Source: an uncultured Clostridia bacterium (GTDB lineage Bacteria > Bacillota > Clostridia > Christensenellales > UBA1242). From it: a stretch of 64,000 nt of DNA. The translations under genes were made by a program, and so were the position numbers. The notes under the pieces were generated by a model, which did not search any database, had not been told where the DNA came from, and saw nothing but the letters and a program-made list of their open reading frames with translations. The stretch covers positions 657-64,656 of the forward strand of contig CALVNY010000007.1 of NCBI GenBank assembly GCA_944350085.1, read 5' to 3'. This document shows positions 38,939 to 48,846 of this stretch, piece after piece (within the stretch, counting starts at the first letter, position 1; the number at the start of each line of letters is the position of its first letter).

Positions 38939-39775
38939 TTATTTTATATTCAACGAATTTTCTGCACTAATAACAGTTTGTTCAAGTAAAGTTGCAATAG
39001 TCATTGGACCAACACCACCCGGAATTGGTGTGTAGGCACTGGCATATTTAATACACTTTTTGTCAATATCCCCCACATTGTCGTCACTATATCCACAATC
39101 AACCAACACTGCACCTTTCTTAACTTTTTTAATTAAATTTCTACTTCCTGCACAACCAACAACAATATCTGCTCGTTTTGTTTCCTTGTTTAAATTTTTT
39201 GTTTTGGTGTGACATATAGTTACAGTGCAATTTTCGTTTAGTAAAAGCATAGCTAATGGTTTTCCTAAAATTGGGCTTCTTCCAACCACAACTGCATTTT
39301 TGCCAGTTAATTCAATTCCATAGTGCTTTAATAATTTTATAACCCCATAAGGAGTGCAACTAATAAAAGCCTTTTCCTTCATTGAAAATTTCCCAAACGA
39401 ATATGTATTAACACCATCAACATCTTTATCAATACTTATTGCGTTAAAACATAAACTTTCATTAATATGCTTTGGAACAGGGTGCTGAAGCAATATCCCA
39501 TAAACACTTTTATCTTTATTTAATTTTTCAATTACGGATAGTAGTTCTTCTGTTGTTGTTTCCTTTGGCAAAACAACTTTTTTGCTTTTTATTCCAACTC
39601 TTGCACATGCCTTGCCTTTCATTTTAACATACATTTCGCTAGACTTATCATCGCCAACCAAAATTGTGGCAAGAGTGGGCGTAACCCCATTTTGTTTTAA
39701 AATTTCAACTCTTTTTAATAAGTCTGCTTCAATTTCTTTTGACAACTTTTTACCATCTAAAATTAATTGTTCCAT
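38939..39775 (-). CDS. folD: Bifunctional methylenetetrahydrofolate dehydrogenase / methenyltetrahydrofolate cyclohydrolase
   Basis: ILVGDD..S..YV..K, GILLQHPVP, VVVGRSPILGKP and PGGVGPMT motifs. Confidence 0.95.
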   Translation of the reverse strand: MEQLILDGKKLSKEIEADLLKRVEILKQNGVTPTLATILVGDDKSSEMYVKMKGKACARVGIKSKKVVLPKETTTEELLSVIEKLNKDKSVYGILLQHPVPKHINESLCFNAISIDKDVDGVNTYSFGKFSMKEKAFISCTPYGVIKLLKHYGIELTGKNAVVVGRSPILGKPLAMLLLNENCTVTICHTKTKNLNKETKRADIVVGCAGSRNLIKKVKKGAVLVDCGYSDDNVGDIDKKCIKYASAYTPIPGGVGPMTIATLLEQTVISAENSLNIK

Positions 39776-39893
39776 ATTTTTATCCTTAAATTAATCTAGT
39801 TTATTATACCAAAAATCGCTTAACTTTTAAAATAATTTAAACTATTTTTTATCAATATTTACAAAGTGTTTTTTGATTTAATAATTAAATTAC

Positions 39894-39929
39894 TAAAAAA
39901 AATTCCTAGTACAACTAGGAATTTTTTTT
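39894..39929. terminator. Bidirectional intrinsic terminator
   Basis: TTCCTAGT (39903-39910) pairs with ACTAGGAA (39914-39921), with long A and T runs. Confidence 0.75.
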
Positions 39930-39935
39930 ATAATT

Positions 39936-40994
39936 TTAAAATTTAAATCTATAATGAGCCCTTTCCATTTTTTCTGTTGTGTAATATCCACTTGGTGCTT
40001 TTACAACATCTGGCAACCTGTTAACTATTGTTGCACAAGTTAATTCAACTGTTGGTGGACGATTTACAATGACCGTTGTTTCTGGTTCGCCCATAACAGT
40101 CCATTCGTTCATATCAAATTCATATGGACCATAAACCTTTCCAATACATTCACTTTCAATAGTAATTCCTTCTTTTGTTTCTGTTGTTACAACAGCACTC
40201 ATACCTGTTGCATTGCCCTTAGGAATTGTAAGTCCTAGTGTTGATGATTTTAAATCTGTTTTATATGTTTGAGGAATACATTTTTGAGTTTGATGTGTTA
40301 CATGCAAACCTAATTGACTGCACAACCAACCATTTACATTCCACATATAACTTGGCAAAAATTCACCTTTTTTAATAAGTTCTGCTCTTGCTTCCTCACT
40401 GATATTGTCAGCAGAAGCAATTTCTTTATCAAACTCTTTTAAAGTTAAGCCTGCACCATGGACTTGTGCTAGTGCAATTCCATAGTCTTCAACATTGTAA
40501 CTGCTTTTGCCTTTTATTTTTGTAATTTTTTGTGTTGAACCACAAATTGTAGTAACAAGATTTCCCCAAGCAAAATCTTGGTAACCACTGCCTGTAATTG
40601 TGCAGTTGTTTTCTTTTGCAACTTTGTCCAATTTTTTAGTTAGTTTTTCACTACTATTCCAAGGATAAAATGCTTCTTCACAAGTTGTAATTGCATTAAC
40701 ACCATTTTTTGCACATATCATTAAAACATCGTAAACATCACTCATTAAACTCATTGTTGTAACAATTGCAACATTTGGTTTATGTTTTTTTAAGGTTTTT
40801 TCAAGTTCGCTTACATTTTCAACTAAAACCCCTGTTTCTTTTCCACCAGCAATAGTGCAAATATCCTTTCCTATTATATTTGGATTAATATCATAAGCCC
40901 CTACAATTTCGCCACCTTTTTCTTGAACATAGCGCATTGTGTATTTTGACATTTTGCCACATCCAATTTGAACAACTTTTAATGGTTTACTCAT
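39936..40994 (-). CDS. NAD(P)-binding DapB-like dehydrogenase (NAD(P)H-dependent amine dehydrogenase / 2,4-diaminopentanoate dehydrogenase family)
   Basis: N-terminal Rossmann motif VVQIGCGKM. The length of about 350 aa and the overall pattern match that family as I remember it. Confidence 0.45.
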   Translation of the reverse strand: MSKPLKVVQIGCGKMSKYTMRYVQEKGGEIVGAYDINPNIIGKDICTIAGGKETGVLVENVSELEKTLKKHKPNVAIVTTMSLMSDVYDVLMICAKNGVNAITTCEEAFYPWNSSEKLTKKLDKVAKENNCTITGSGYQDFAWGNLVTTICGSTQKITKIKGKSSYNVEDYGIALAQVHGAGLTLKEFDKEIASADNISEEARAELIKKGEFLPSYMWNVNGWLCSQLGLHVTHQTQKCIPQTYKTDLKSSTLGLTIPKGNATGMSAVVTTETKEGITIESECIGKVYGPYEFDMNEWTVMGEPETTVIVNRPPTVELTCATIVNRLPDVVKAPSGYYTTEKMERAHYRFKF

Positions 40995-41104
40995 ATATTT
41001 TACTCCTTATTTTATGTTTATAATTATTTAATATAATTTCCAAATTATACCAATAATTACAATTTTATTGTAATACGATATTTAATTTTTAGTCAAGCAA
41101 TACA

Positions 41105-41626
41105 CTAACAATCTAAAAGTATTTTAATAACCCTTGGTGCACATATTAAAAACCAACTAGCAAACTTATTAGGCTGGTTTAATAGTTCGTTTGACAATTC
41201 TTTTAAACCAACCCATCTATACTCTATTGCTTCTTCTTCATTTAGTACCACTTCGCCACTGTATTCTCCTAGCAAAACATGGTCTAATTCGTATTCAAAT
41301 AAAGCATCATTAAATTTGTTTAAATAAATAAATGTAAACAATTCTTTTAAATTGCAACTTATGTTTAATTCTTCCATTAACCTATTTTGTGCAGAAATTA
41401 AAACATCTTCTTTTGATTTTGGGTGTGAACAACAAGCATTTGCCCAAAGTCCACCACTATGATATTTGTTGTATGCTCTTTTTTGTATTAATATTTCTTT
41501 TTTGTCATTAACCAAAAAAACGCTAAAAGCCCTATGTAAAATTGGTTTTACATGTGCTTGTTCTTTTGTTACAATTTTTAGTTCGTTGTCGAATATATCA
41601 ACACACACAATTTCATTTCTTAGCAT
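41105..41626 (-). CDS. idi: Isopentenyl-diphosphate delta-isomerase, type 1 (Nudix superfamily)
   Basis: HRAFSVFL, QKRA..K and ANACCSHP active-site Cys motifs. Confidence 0.8.
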   Translation of the reverse strand: MLRNEIVCVDIFDNELKIVTKEQAHVKPILHRAFSVFLVNDKKEILIQKRAYNKYHSGGLWANACCSHPKSKEDVLISAQNRLMEELNISCNLKELFTFIYLNKFNDALFEYELDHVLLGEYSGEVVLNEEEAIEYRWVGLKELSNELLNQPNKFASWFLICAPRVIKILLDC

Positions 41627-41673
41627 GGTTTTCTCCTATATTTTTTATCTTAATTATATGATATCAAAAAAAT

Positions 41674-41704
41674 AAAAAAGCACCAAATTTTTGGTGCTTT
41701 TTTT
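41674..41704. terminator. Bidirectional intrinsic terminator
   Basis: GCACCA pairs with TGGTGC (41680-41697), with flanking A/T runs. Confidence 0.75.
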
Positions 41705-42347
41705 AATCATCACACATTGTGTCATCTTCAGAACTACATTCTTCTGCAACGCTTGTTATAAAATTAACTTGTTCGTCTAAATATTTATTTAGTTCTCTTT
41801 CTTTTTCTTCTTTAACTAATTGTTTTTCTTGTTCGATTTTTGAAAGTTCTTGCTTTGCATATTTGTAGTCATCTTCAACCAACACTAATCTTCCCATATC
41901 CAATTTGTTTTTTAATATTTCGTCATCTGTTGGCGTCATATTCTTATTGAAATTATTAATTGATTCTGTAACTTTGTCACCATAAGTTGCAGTGATTTTT
42001 AACAAAGTTTCAACATTGTCACTTTCTCTTAGTTTGTCAAAATTTATAAAGTCATACTTTGTATAATCTTGTTTAATTAATTCTATTAAATACTCGCCAT
42101 TTGTTATGTTTTTAATGCATCTTAGCGGGGTTAAATCACAAACTTTTTCTCTCCCCTCATCATTCATTTGTGTTAAATATGCTAGTTCACACATTGTGGC
42201 AGTGATTGCTCTAGGATTTAAATTAGACAAAATTTTAATTCCTTCTTGTTGCTTTAAAATCCTTTTACTAACATATTCTTGTTGTTTTTCGTTAAGTTTC
42301 TTTTTGTTGCATAAAATTTTTAATTTTATGTCTTCAACTATACTCAT
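41703..42347 (-). CDS. Hypothetical protein with coiled-coil and acidic C-terminus
   Basis: An AGGAGA SD and its own terminator are present. I recognise no motif. Confidence 0.5.
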   Translation of the reverse strand: MSIVEDIKLKILCNKKKLNEKQQEYVSKRILKQQEGIKILSNLNPRAITATMCELAYLTQMNDEGREKVCDLTPLRCIKNITNGEYLIELIKQDYTKYDFINFDKLRESDNVETLLKITATYGDKVTESINNFNKNMTPTDDEILKNKLDMGRLVLVEDDYKYAKQELSKIEQEKQLVKEEKERELNKYLDEQVNFITSVAEECSSEDDTMCDD

Positions 42348-42469
42348 ATAAATAAATCTCCTAAAAACTTTATTACAAAGTTCTTAGTTATTATATCAAA
42401 CATTATGGCAATTGTCAATATGGGTATTTTTAACACACTTTTTGTAATTAGTTGCTAAAAATTAAGTTC

Positions 42470-42500
42470 AAAAAAATAAACGGAAAATCCGTTTATTTGT
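42470..42500 (-). terminator. Intrinsic terminator
   Basis: TAAACGGA (42477-42484) pairs with TCCGTTTA (42488-42495). Confidence 0.7.
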
Positions 42501-43197
42501 TTAATATTTTAAATCCGCAATTATATTGTAGGGCACCTAGTTTGTTGTAATCTAAATCACTATAATTTATATCACTAAAACTTACATCATAAGAATATTT
42601 CCCAACATCAGTCCAAATTGGAATTATAATAATATCATCAAATGTTGTAAAAACTCCATCAATTATGCTTGTATCCTTATCATAAATTTCAACCACATTT
42701 TTGTTTATTAAATCGTTGGTTGAAGTATTTACTACATACTCACATTTATCATTTTCTAAACCACCAAGCAACGCATCACTAAAAGTTTTATTTTTGTTTA
42801 ACCAATTTTTATAGCCATTTTGATACTTTGTGTCTGTTACAGCATATTTTTGCATTTCTTTTCTTTTTTTGTCAAACTCTTTAACAAATTTTGCTTTTAA
42901 CTTTTCATATTTAGGATTATTTTTTAAATCTTCAACATTTTGAATTCTCTTTGCAAATTCGCTTTTTAAATTATTATAATAGTCAACAAAATTGTTAAAT
43001 TTACTATCTTTTAACATAGTTATGTAAGAATCACAGTTGCAAACACCTATATTATAAAAATCATAATCTTCTAGCCCATTTCCATTTAATTGAAACTCGT
43101 TAATCATAGGCTTTGCATCGTACTCAAAATAAAACATCTTTTCCATAAGCGATTTGTCTGCTTTTTTGTTTATGCCATACATTACAATTAAACACAT
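42493..43197 (-). CDS. Hypothetical protein, 234 aa
   Basis: A GAAGG SD is present. The protein starts MCLIV. I recognise no motif. Confidence 0.5.
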   Translation of the reverse strand: MCLIVMYGINKKADKSLMEKMFYFEYDAKPMINEFQLNGNGLEDYDFYNIGVCNCDSYITMLKDSKFNNFVDYYNNLKSEFAKRIQNVEDLKNNPKYEKLKAKFVKEFDKKRKEMQKYAVTDTKYQNGYKNWLNKNKTFSDALLGGLENDKCEYVVNTSTNDLINKNVVEIYDKDTSIIDGVFTTFDDIIIIPIWTDVGKYSYDVSFSDINYSDLDYNKLGALQYNCGFKILNK

Positions 43198-43211
43198 ATC
43201 TTTTACCTTCT

Positions 43212-43240
43212 AAAAATAAGCCACTATTTAAGTGGCTTTA
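43212..43240 (-). terminator. Intrinsic terminator
   Basis: AAGCCACT (43218-43225) pairs with AGTGGCTT (43231-43238). Confidence 0.7.
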
Positions 43241-43241
43241 A

Positions 43242-44345
43242 TTAACATTTTTTGCCACAATTTGGGCAAAATTTTGCATTTGATTTAAGTTCTTCGCCAC
43301 AGCCTTTGCAAACCTTTTTGGTTTTTAATGGCTCGCCACACTCAGTACAAAATTTAGCATTTTTTGAAACCACACTGCCACATTTTGGACAAGTTAAACC
43401 TTGTGTTGCACCACATACTGGACAAAATTTTGCCTTTGCAGAAATATCTTCACCACAATTTACACATTTTACACTGTTTTTTGGTTTGTTGGTTGTTGTT
43501 AAATTTTCTGCAAACAAATTACCCATTTGAACACCAGCACCAAGCCCAACACCAATTCCTGCCATTGAATTGCCAGATTTTGATGCTTCTTCCATTGCGT
43601 TTGCTGCTTTAAATTTTGTGTAAGTTCCAATTTTGTCTTCAATTACACTCATTTTTGTTCTTTCATCTAGCATTTTTTCAACATCTTCTGGAAGCGACAA
43701 ATTTTCAATAACAATAGAGCAAAGCTTTAAGCCATAAGCCCCAAATTCCTTTTCGCTACCCTTAACAATTTCATCACCAAATTCGCGATAATTTGCAGCA
43801 AGGTCCAATGCGCTTATTCTACTTTCGGCAATAGTGTCTGCAATAGATTGAATAACTAAAGGCTTACAAGCACTTGCAACATCACTAACAGTATAAACTG
43901 CATTTGTTCCAAACATTTCTCGCATAAAAACACCAGCATCTGCAACCTTAAAAGAGTACACGCCAAAACCACGAAGCCTTACACTACCAAACTCTTCGTC
44001 ACGCATAATGATTGGGTTTTGTGTTCCCCACTTGTTTCCAGAAAATTGTTTTGTATTAACAAAATAAACTTCTGCTTTAATTTTACTGTCCCCTAGTGTT
44101 GGCAACGACAACATTTTAGTTAAAAATGGAATATTTCCGGTTGAAAGTTTATATGTTCCCGGTTCAAAAACATCTGCAATTTTGCCTTTATGAACAAACA
44201 CTGCCACTTGACTTTCCCTAACAACTAATGTTGAACTGGTCATAATTTCTTGTTTTTCTGGTATTGGATAACGATAAACTATTGTATCCTTGCTTGAATC
44301 TTTCCATTCAATAACCTTTAAAAATTGGCTTCTAAAAAATCCCAT
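43242..44345 (-). CDS. SPFH/Band-7 domain protein with three C-terminal zinc ribbons (YdjI-like)
   Basis: The N-terminal 270 aa match the pattern of the virion-core/SPFH family. The C-terminus carries repeated CxxCG...AKFCxxCG. Confidence 0.7.
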   Translation of the reverse strand: MGFFRSQFLKVIEWKDSSKDTIVYRYPIPEKQEIMTSSTLVVRESQVAVFVHKGKIADVFEPGTYKLSTGNIPFLTKMLSLPTLGDSKIKAEVYFVNTKQFSGNKWGTQNPIIMRDEEFGSVRLRGFGVYSFKVADAGVFMREMFGTNAVYTVSDVASACKPLVIQSIADTIAESRISALDLAANYREFGDEIVKGSEKEFGAYGLKLCSIVIENLSLPEDVEKMLDERTKMSVIEDKIGTYTKFKAANAMEEASKSGNSMAGIGVGLGAGVQMGNLFAENLTTTNKPKNSVKCVNCGEDISAKAKFCPVCGATQGLTCPKCGSVVSKNAKFCTECGEPLKTKKVCKGCGEELKSNAKFCPNCGKKC

Positions 44346-44530
44346 ATTATTTTCTCCATAAATATTATATATTGATTATACATAATTTTATTAATTAATA
44401 CCACTATTTTAAAATAATAAAAACTAAAAACTTATTTTATGCGTTTGAAATTTTGTTTTTTGTAATAAAAAAATGTGTAATTTTAGAAAAACATTTTTTA
44501 TTTGTTTTAATTAAAATATATTTTTACAAA

Positions 44531-44560
44531 ATAAAAACTCCCTTTAATAAGGAGTTTTTT
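44531..44560. terminator. Intrinsic terminator
   Basis: ACTCC (44537-44541) pairs with GGAGT (44551-44555), with flanking A/T runs. Confidence 0.65.
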
Positions 44561-44654
44561 AAATTATTTTCTTAAACTTTATAATTAGTAGCAACAACCG
44601 ACTTTAACTTTACATTGTTGTTTGTAATTTATTTTTTAAATTTAATTAATAACA

Positions 44655-44813
44655 TCACCAATCATACACATTATGAGTATGTGATTTTACATCATCATAA
44701 TAATCAAAATATTTTTGTTTTAGTTTTTCATACTCTTTTTTGTTTTTATTTTTTTTCTTTATGGAATTTAAAGTTTGTGAATTTTTATTTTTATCAACAT
44801 TATTCTGTGGCAT
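44655..44813 (-). CDS. Candidate small basic ORF (52 aa) overlapping the end of the upstream gene
   Basis: The ATG at 44813-44811 lies 8 nt upstream of the TAA of the 44800-45981 gene. The ORF (MPQNNVDKNKNS...HNVYDW) fills the otherwise empty 240 nt before the terminator at 44531-44560. Confidence 0.3.
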   Translation of the reverse strand: MPQNNVDKNKNSQTLNSIKKKNKNKKEYEKLKQKYFDYYDDVKSHTHNVYDW

Positions 44814-45981
44814 AGTTGTCAAAATATCCTGTAACTAAAACTATTGGCGTGCCTTTATCTCCACTGCCACTTGTTAAATCACAAAGCGAGCCTACTAAGT
44901 CTGTTATACGCCTTGGTGTTGTTCCCAAAGATTCAGCCTTATTTACCAAATTATTTTCTTTTTCGGTTATTAATTTTTTCATAGCATCTATTGCTTCTTG
45001 TCCATTTAGGTTTGCAATTTTGTTGTCGGCCAAGTATTTTAATTTAATTTCGTTTGGAGTGCCTGCCAAGCCTTCTGTGTATGCTGGGCACACAACAGGG
45101 TCTGCCAATTCCCAAATTCCACCAACTGGGTCCTTAAATGCTCCATCGCCATAAACCATACACTCAACTGCAACACCACATCTTTCTTTAAATGCTTTTT
45201 GTAAATTATTAACAAAAGTTTTTGTTTCCCTTGGGAAAAGTTTTACTCTTTCACTTGTCGATAAATTGCTTCCAAGAACGCCATATTCCTCATGAAATCC
45301 ACTTCCATTAACACTTTTGTTTAATATTTCATGCAAACTTAAAACTTTTTCTGCGCCATTTTGTAATAATATTTTTTTGGTTCTAAAACGAGAGTGTATG
45401 TCGGCATTTATAACCTTTTTGGTGTATTTTAAAATTTCGGTTGGATTGTTAGACAAAATAATTTCACAATCACATTCACAAATTTGTTTGTACATATCAA
45501 TATAATTTACGCCTGTAAATGGGTGAGTTACATCTTTTACTAAATCAGTAAATTCCTTAGATGAAAAAGATTTTGAAAATTCATACAATCCCAAGTCATA
45601 CAATTTATCAATTGAAACTAACGGATTACCCACTTCATCAAACGGATAAGATAATTGAATAACAACTTTGTCTACCCCACGAGAAATCCCTCTTAGAATG
45701 CTAGAAAATCTATTTCTTGAAAGAATAGGGAAAACCACCCCAACAGTTCCGCCACCAAGTTTGTTTTTAACATCTAATGCAATATCATCTATAGTTGCAA
45801 AGTTTCCTTGTGATTTTGCAACTATTGCCTCAGTTACGGCAACAATATCATTACTTTTAAGTTTAATATTTTCGTTTTCAACTGCATTCATTACAGAGTC
45901 AACAACAATTTTTACTAAATCATCACCCGGCCTAATAATTGGAGCCCTAACACCCCTTACAACAGTTCCTACTGTACGCAT
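44800..45981 (-). CDS. CofE-like (F420-0:gamma-glutamyl ligase family) protein
   Basis: The N-terminal RTVGTVVRGVRAPIIRPGDDL pattern and a length of about 390 aa match the family as I remember it. A GGGGGG SD is present. Confidence 0.4.
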   Translation of the reverse strand: MRTVGTVVRGVRAPIIRPGDDLVKIVVDSVMNAVENENIKLKSNDIVAVTEAIVAKSQGNFATIDDIALDVKNKLGGGTVGVVFPILSRNRFSSILRGISRGVDKVVIQLSYPFDEVGNPLVSIDKLYDLGLYEFSKSFSSKEFTDLVKDVTHPFTGVNYIDMYKQICECDCEIILSNNPTEILKYTKKVINADIHSRFRTKKILLQNGAEKVLSLHEILNKSVNGSGFHEEYGVLGSNLSTSERVKLFPRETKTFVNNLQKAFKERCGVAVECMVYGDGAFKDPVGGIWELADPVVCPAYTEGLAGTPNEIKLKYLADNKIANLNGQEAIDAMKKLITEKENNLVNKAESLGTTPRRITDLVGSLCDLTSGSGDKGTPIVLVTGYFDNYATE

Positions 45982-46144
45982 AATAACCCCCCAAAAGTTT
46001 AAATTTATATTATTTGTTATTTTAAAACACTATAAGTATACAATAATTCTTAAATTTTTAAAACAAAATTAAACACAAAAAATAAAGCAAAATTTGCCTT
46101 ATTTTTTATACTATATTTATATACCAAAAAAATAACTGTACAAA

Positions 46145-46174
46145 CAAAAAAAGTTAACTAACCTAAGTTAACTT
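46145..46174 (-). terminator. Intrinsic terminator
   Basis: AAGTTAAC (46151-46158) pairs with GTTAACTT (46167-46174), with a T-run on the minus strand. Confidence 0.65.
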
Positions 46175-46784
46175 AATCAATACTAATAGCATGGCTAATT
46201 AATTGATTTATATTCTTTAAAACAATTTCTTTTGCATCTGAAATTACATTTAGAGCTGAATCAATTTCGTTTAAATTAATCAATTTGCAATTAAACTTGA
46301 CAGGGTTTAATGGAATTTTTATATTTGAAATTTCAGTTATAACAAAATTGTAAAATCTATACATTGTGTACATCTTAGTAGATTTTGAATATTTAAGTTC
46401 ATATTCCAAAAGTCCATTGTTTAGTGGCTCAATTAAAAATTCCACATTCCCAATAATTTCTTTATAATAATTAATTGCCTTTAAAATTGATTTTGTGATG
46501 TCTATTTTAACATATTCGTTATTTTCTTTTATTAAACTAGAATATGTTCTTGCACTGCTAAAATGATTAACGGCCTTACCTTTTGGATTGTAATAAAAAG
46601 GATACCACATTTGCCACTCTGGTTTTATGTCGTATGTAACTAAAAAATTTTGATTATCCTTTTTTACCACCAAATAAAAACTAATAATGGCAATATGCCT
46701 TTGCACTCTAATATATGCAGGTATATTGTTTTGAATAATATCATTTGTTACCATTTGATTTTGTAATAAATCCATACCTAACAC
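46173..46784 (-). CDS. Hypothetical protein, about 200 aa
   Basis: Clear ORF downstream of the GT2 gene. The start is either the GTG at 46784 or the ATG at 46775. Confidence 0.5.
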   Translation of the reverse strand: MLGMDLLQNQMVTNDIIQNNIPAYIRVQRHIAIISFYLVVKKDNQNFLVTYDIKPEWQMWYPFYYNPKGKAVNHFSSARTYSSLIKENNEYVKIDITKSILKAINYYKEIIGNVEFLIEPLNNGLLEYELKYSKSTKMYTMYRFYNFVITEISNIKIPLNPVKFNCKLINLNEIDSALNVISDAKEIVLKNINQLISHAISID

Positions 46785-46984
46785 ACTCTCTTATTTTTTT
46801 AAGTGTTTTTATATGTTAACAAACAGCAAAATGACAATACTTAAAAATATACTTTACTACTGCACATTTAAAACCTTACATTATATTAAAATTTAAAAAC
46901 ACTCCATATAATTTTACAAAAATAAAAAATTTTTACAAAATTGTATATTTTATTGTACTATATAAAATAGAAAAAAACAACATA

Positions 46985-48667
46985 TTAAATGTTGTTTCCT
47001 TCAATTTTTGCTAGTATGGTTGCATCGTCCACAAAATCTTCTTCATTTTCAACATCAAATTTGGTTGATGATTTTTTTTCAACTTTAGATTTTTTAGCCT
47101 TTTTAACTTTAATTTTTTGTTTTGTTTTTATCACTTTGGGTTTTATTGCAATGTTGGCAAGTAACACCATAATTGGTGACAATGCACAAGTAATAAGTAT
47201 AAATAGAAGTGGCGCTATTGACCCACAAGCAAAATATCCTAACACTCCAACTATTACCATAAACAACAAAGTGTCGTATGTTGCTTTAAAAGTTTCAACT
47301 AATGATATTTTTGAATTTTCTTTTGGAGTTACAATAAATGTTGCTTTTTTGCCCATAACCCCCAAAACAACTGTTTTTATCATCATTGGAGAAAGTGAAG
47401 CATAAGTACTTATATTTACAATAAAATAAGGAATTAATTTAAAAACATTTTTAGATTTTGCATGAACAAACAAATCTGGTATAAGTGGCGACACTAAAAA
47501 TAAAGTCATAAGCCCAAATAAGTAAAATGAGTAATTAATTACATTGTAATTACAAAATCCAAGGCCTATGGTGTTAATTAGTAGCAAATAACTTAACATA
47601 GGCATTATTGGAAGATTGTAGTGCGAAAGTTTTGTGTCTAATTTTTCAAACCATGTCATATTTGACTTATTAACAGACTTGTTGTACTTTTTCATAAACT
47701 CTATGTTGCCTTGTGTCCATTTGCATTGACGCTTTTTTAAACAAATATAATTTACAGGGAATTCTTCCTGACAAACTATATTTGGAGCATAAGCAATTTT
47801 GTAACCACTATTTTTTATTTCGATTGCAAAAGAAATATCTTCGGCAACAACATGAGGAAATCCACCTGTTTTTTTGTAACATTCTTTACTGATTGTCATA
47901 CCATGTCCAATCAAAGAATTGCTACCATAAAAGTTTTTCATTATTTGGCAAGTTTGTCCGTTACTTTTAACAGACAAGCCCATTAAATCTTGGAAAACAT
48001 TTACGCCTTGTGTTGCAATATGTGAAGCCTGAACAGCACCAATTTGTTTGTTATAATAAAAATACTTTAAAATTTTTGAACAGTAATCGCTTGGAATAAT
48101 TTCATCACTATCCAAAACAACAAAATAATCATAATCATCATTGTTTTGCAAATAATTGTTTAAGTTTCCAGCCTTAAAGCCTACTTTATTTTCACGCCTT
48201 ACAACTTTAACATTGTGTTCCTTAGAAAAATTATCTATTCTTTTAAAGTACTCTTCTTTTGAACTATCATCTAATATAACGGCTTCAAAATTAGGATAAT
48301 CTTGACCCATACATTTTAACAATGCTTCTTCATTAAAATCATTGCGAGTGCAATATAGCAAAACAAATTTTGGCGTTTCATTAACTTCAATATTATAAAT
48401 GTCCTCATATCTTTTTAAAATTCTTTTTTTGTTTATTAAAAATATAAATGAAAACATAAAATCTTTAACGCTTCCAAACCACATATACATTAAAATTAAT
48501 GTGTTGCCGGTTAAAAATATTGTTATTAATATTTCTTTAAAACCAACTGCATTATTAAATACATTATTGATATTTTTATATAAATTATAAACTAAAAAAG
48601 CAGAACACACCGTCCAAACAAATATAATTAATTTATAAACCCACGATTTCTTTTTCATTTTATTCAC
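46985..48667 (-). CDS. Family 2 processive glycosyltransferase (cellulose/chitin/poly-GlcNAc synthase-like) with Lys-rich C-terminal tail
   Basis: DDSS, VLDSDE and AEDISF motifs and a QxxRW-type motif (KRQCKWTQG), with multiple TM helices on both sides of the catalytic domain. Confidence 0.8.
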   Translation of the reverse strand: MNKMKKKSWVYKLIIFVWTVCSAFLVYNLYKNINNVFNNAVGFKEILITIFLTGNTLILMYMWFGSVKDFMFSFIFLINKKRILKRYEDIYNIEVNETPKFVLLYCTRNDFNEEALLKCMGQDYPNFEAVILDDSSKEEYFKRIDNFSKEHNVKVVRRENKVGFKAGNLNNYLQNNDDYDYFVVLDSDEIIPSDYCSKILKYFYYNKQIGAVQASHIATQGVNVFQDLMGLSVKSNGQTCQIMKNFYGSNSLIGHGMTISKECYKKTGGFPHVVAEDISFAIEIKNSGYKIAYAPNIVCQEEFPVNYICLKKRQCKWTQGNIEFMKKYNKSVNKSNMTWFEKLDTKLSHYNLPIMPMLSYLLLINTIGLGFCNYNVINYSFYLFGLMTLFLVSPLIPDLFVHAKSKNVFKLIPYFIVNISTYASLSPMMIKTVVLGVMGKKATFIVTPKENSKISLVETFKATYDTLLFMVIVGVLGYFACGSIAPLLFILITCALSPIMVLLANIAIKPKVIKTKQKIKVKKAKKSKVEKKSSTKFDVENEEDFVDDATILAKIEGNNI

Positions 48668-48670
48668 TCC

Positions 48671-48715
48671 AAAAAAAACGAATTACAATTAAATAACAAC
48701 TGTAATTCGTTTTTT
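48671..48715 (-). terminator. Intrinsic terminator between the isomerase-like gene and the GT2 gene
   Basis: ACGAATTACA (48679-48688) pairs with TGTAATTCGT (48701-48710). Confidence 0.7.
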
Positions 48716-48846
48716 ATTGGAAAGTTTTAAAATTTTATAAATTATTTTTTGTGTATTCTCTATGTTTATTTTATTTGCAAAAACCTATTACAAATATAAA
48801 TAAATTTTATTTAATATTTTTTTCTTTTTTAATTTCTTACTTAATA

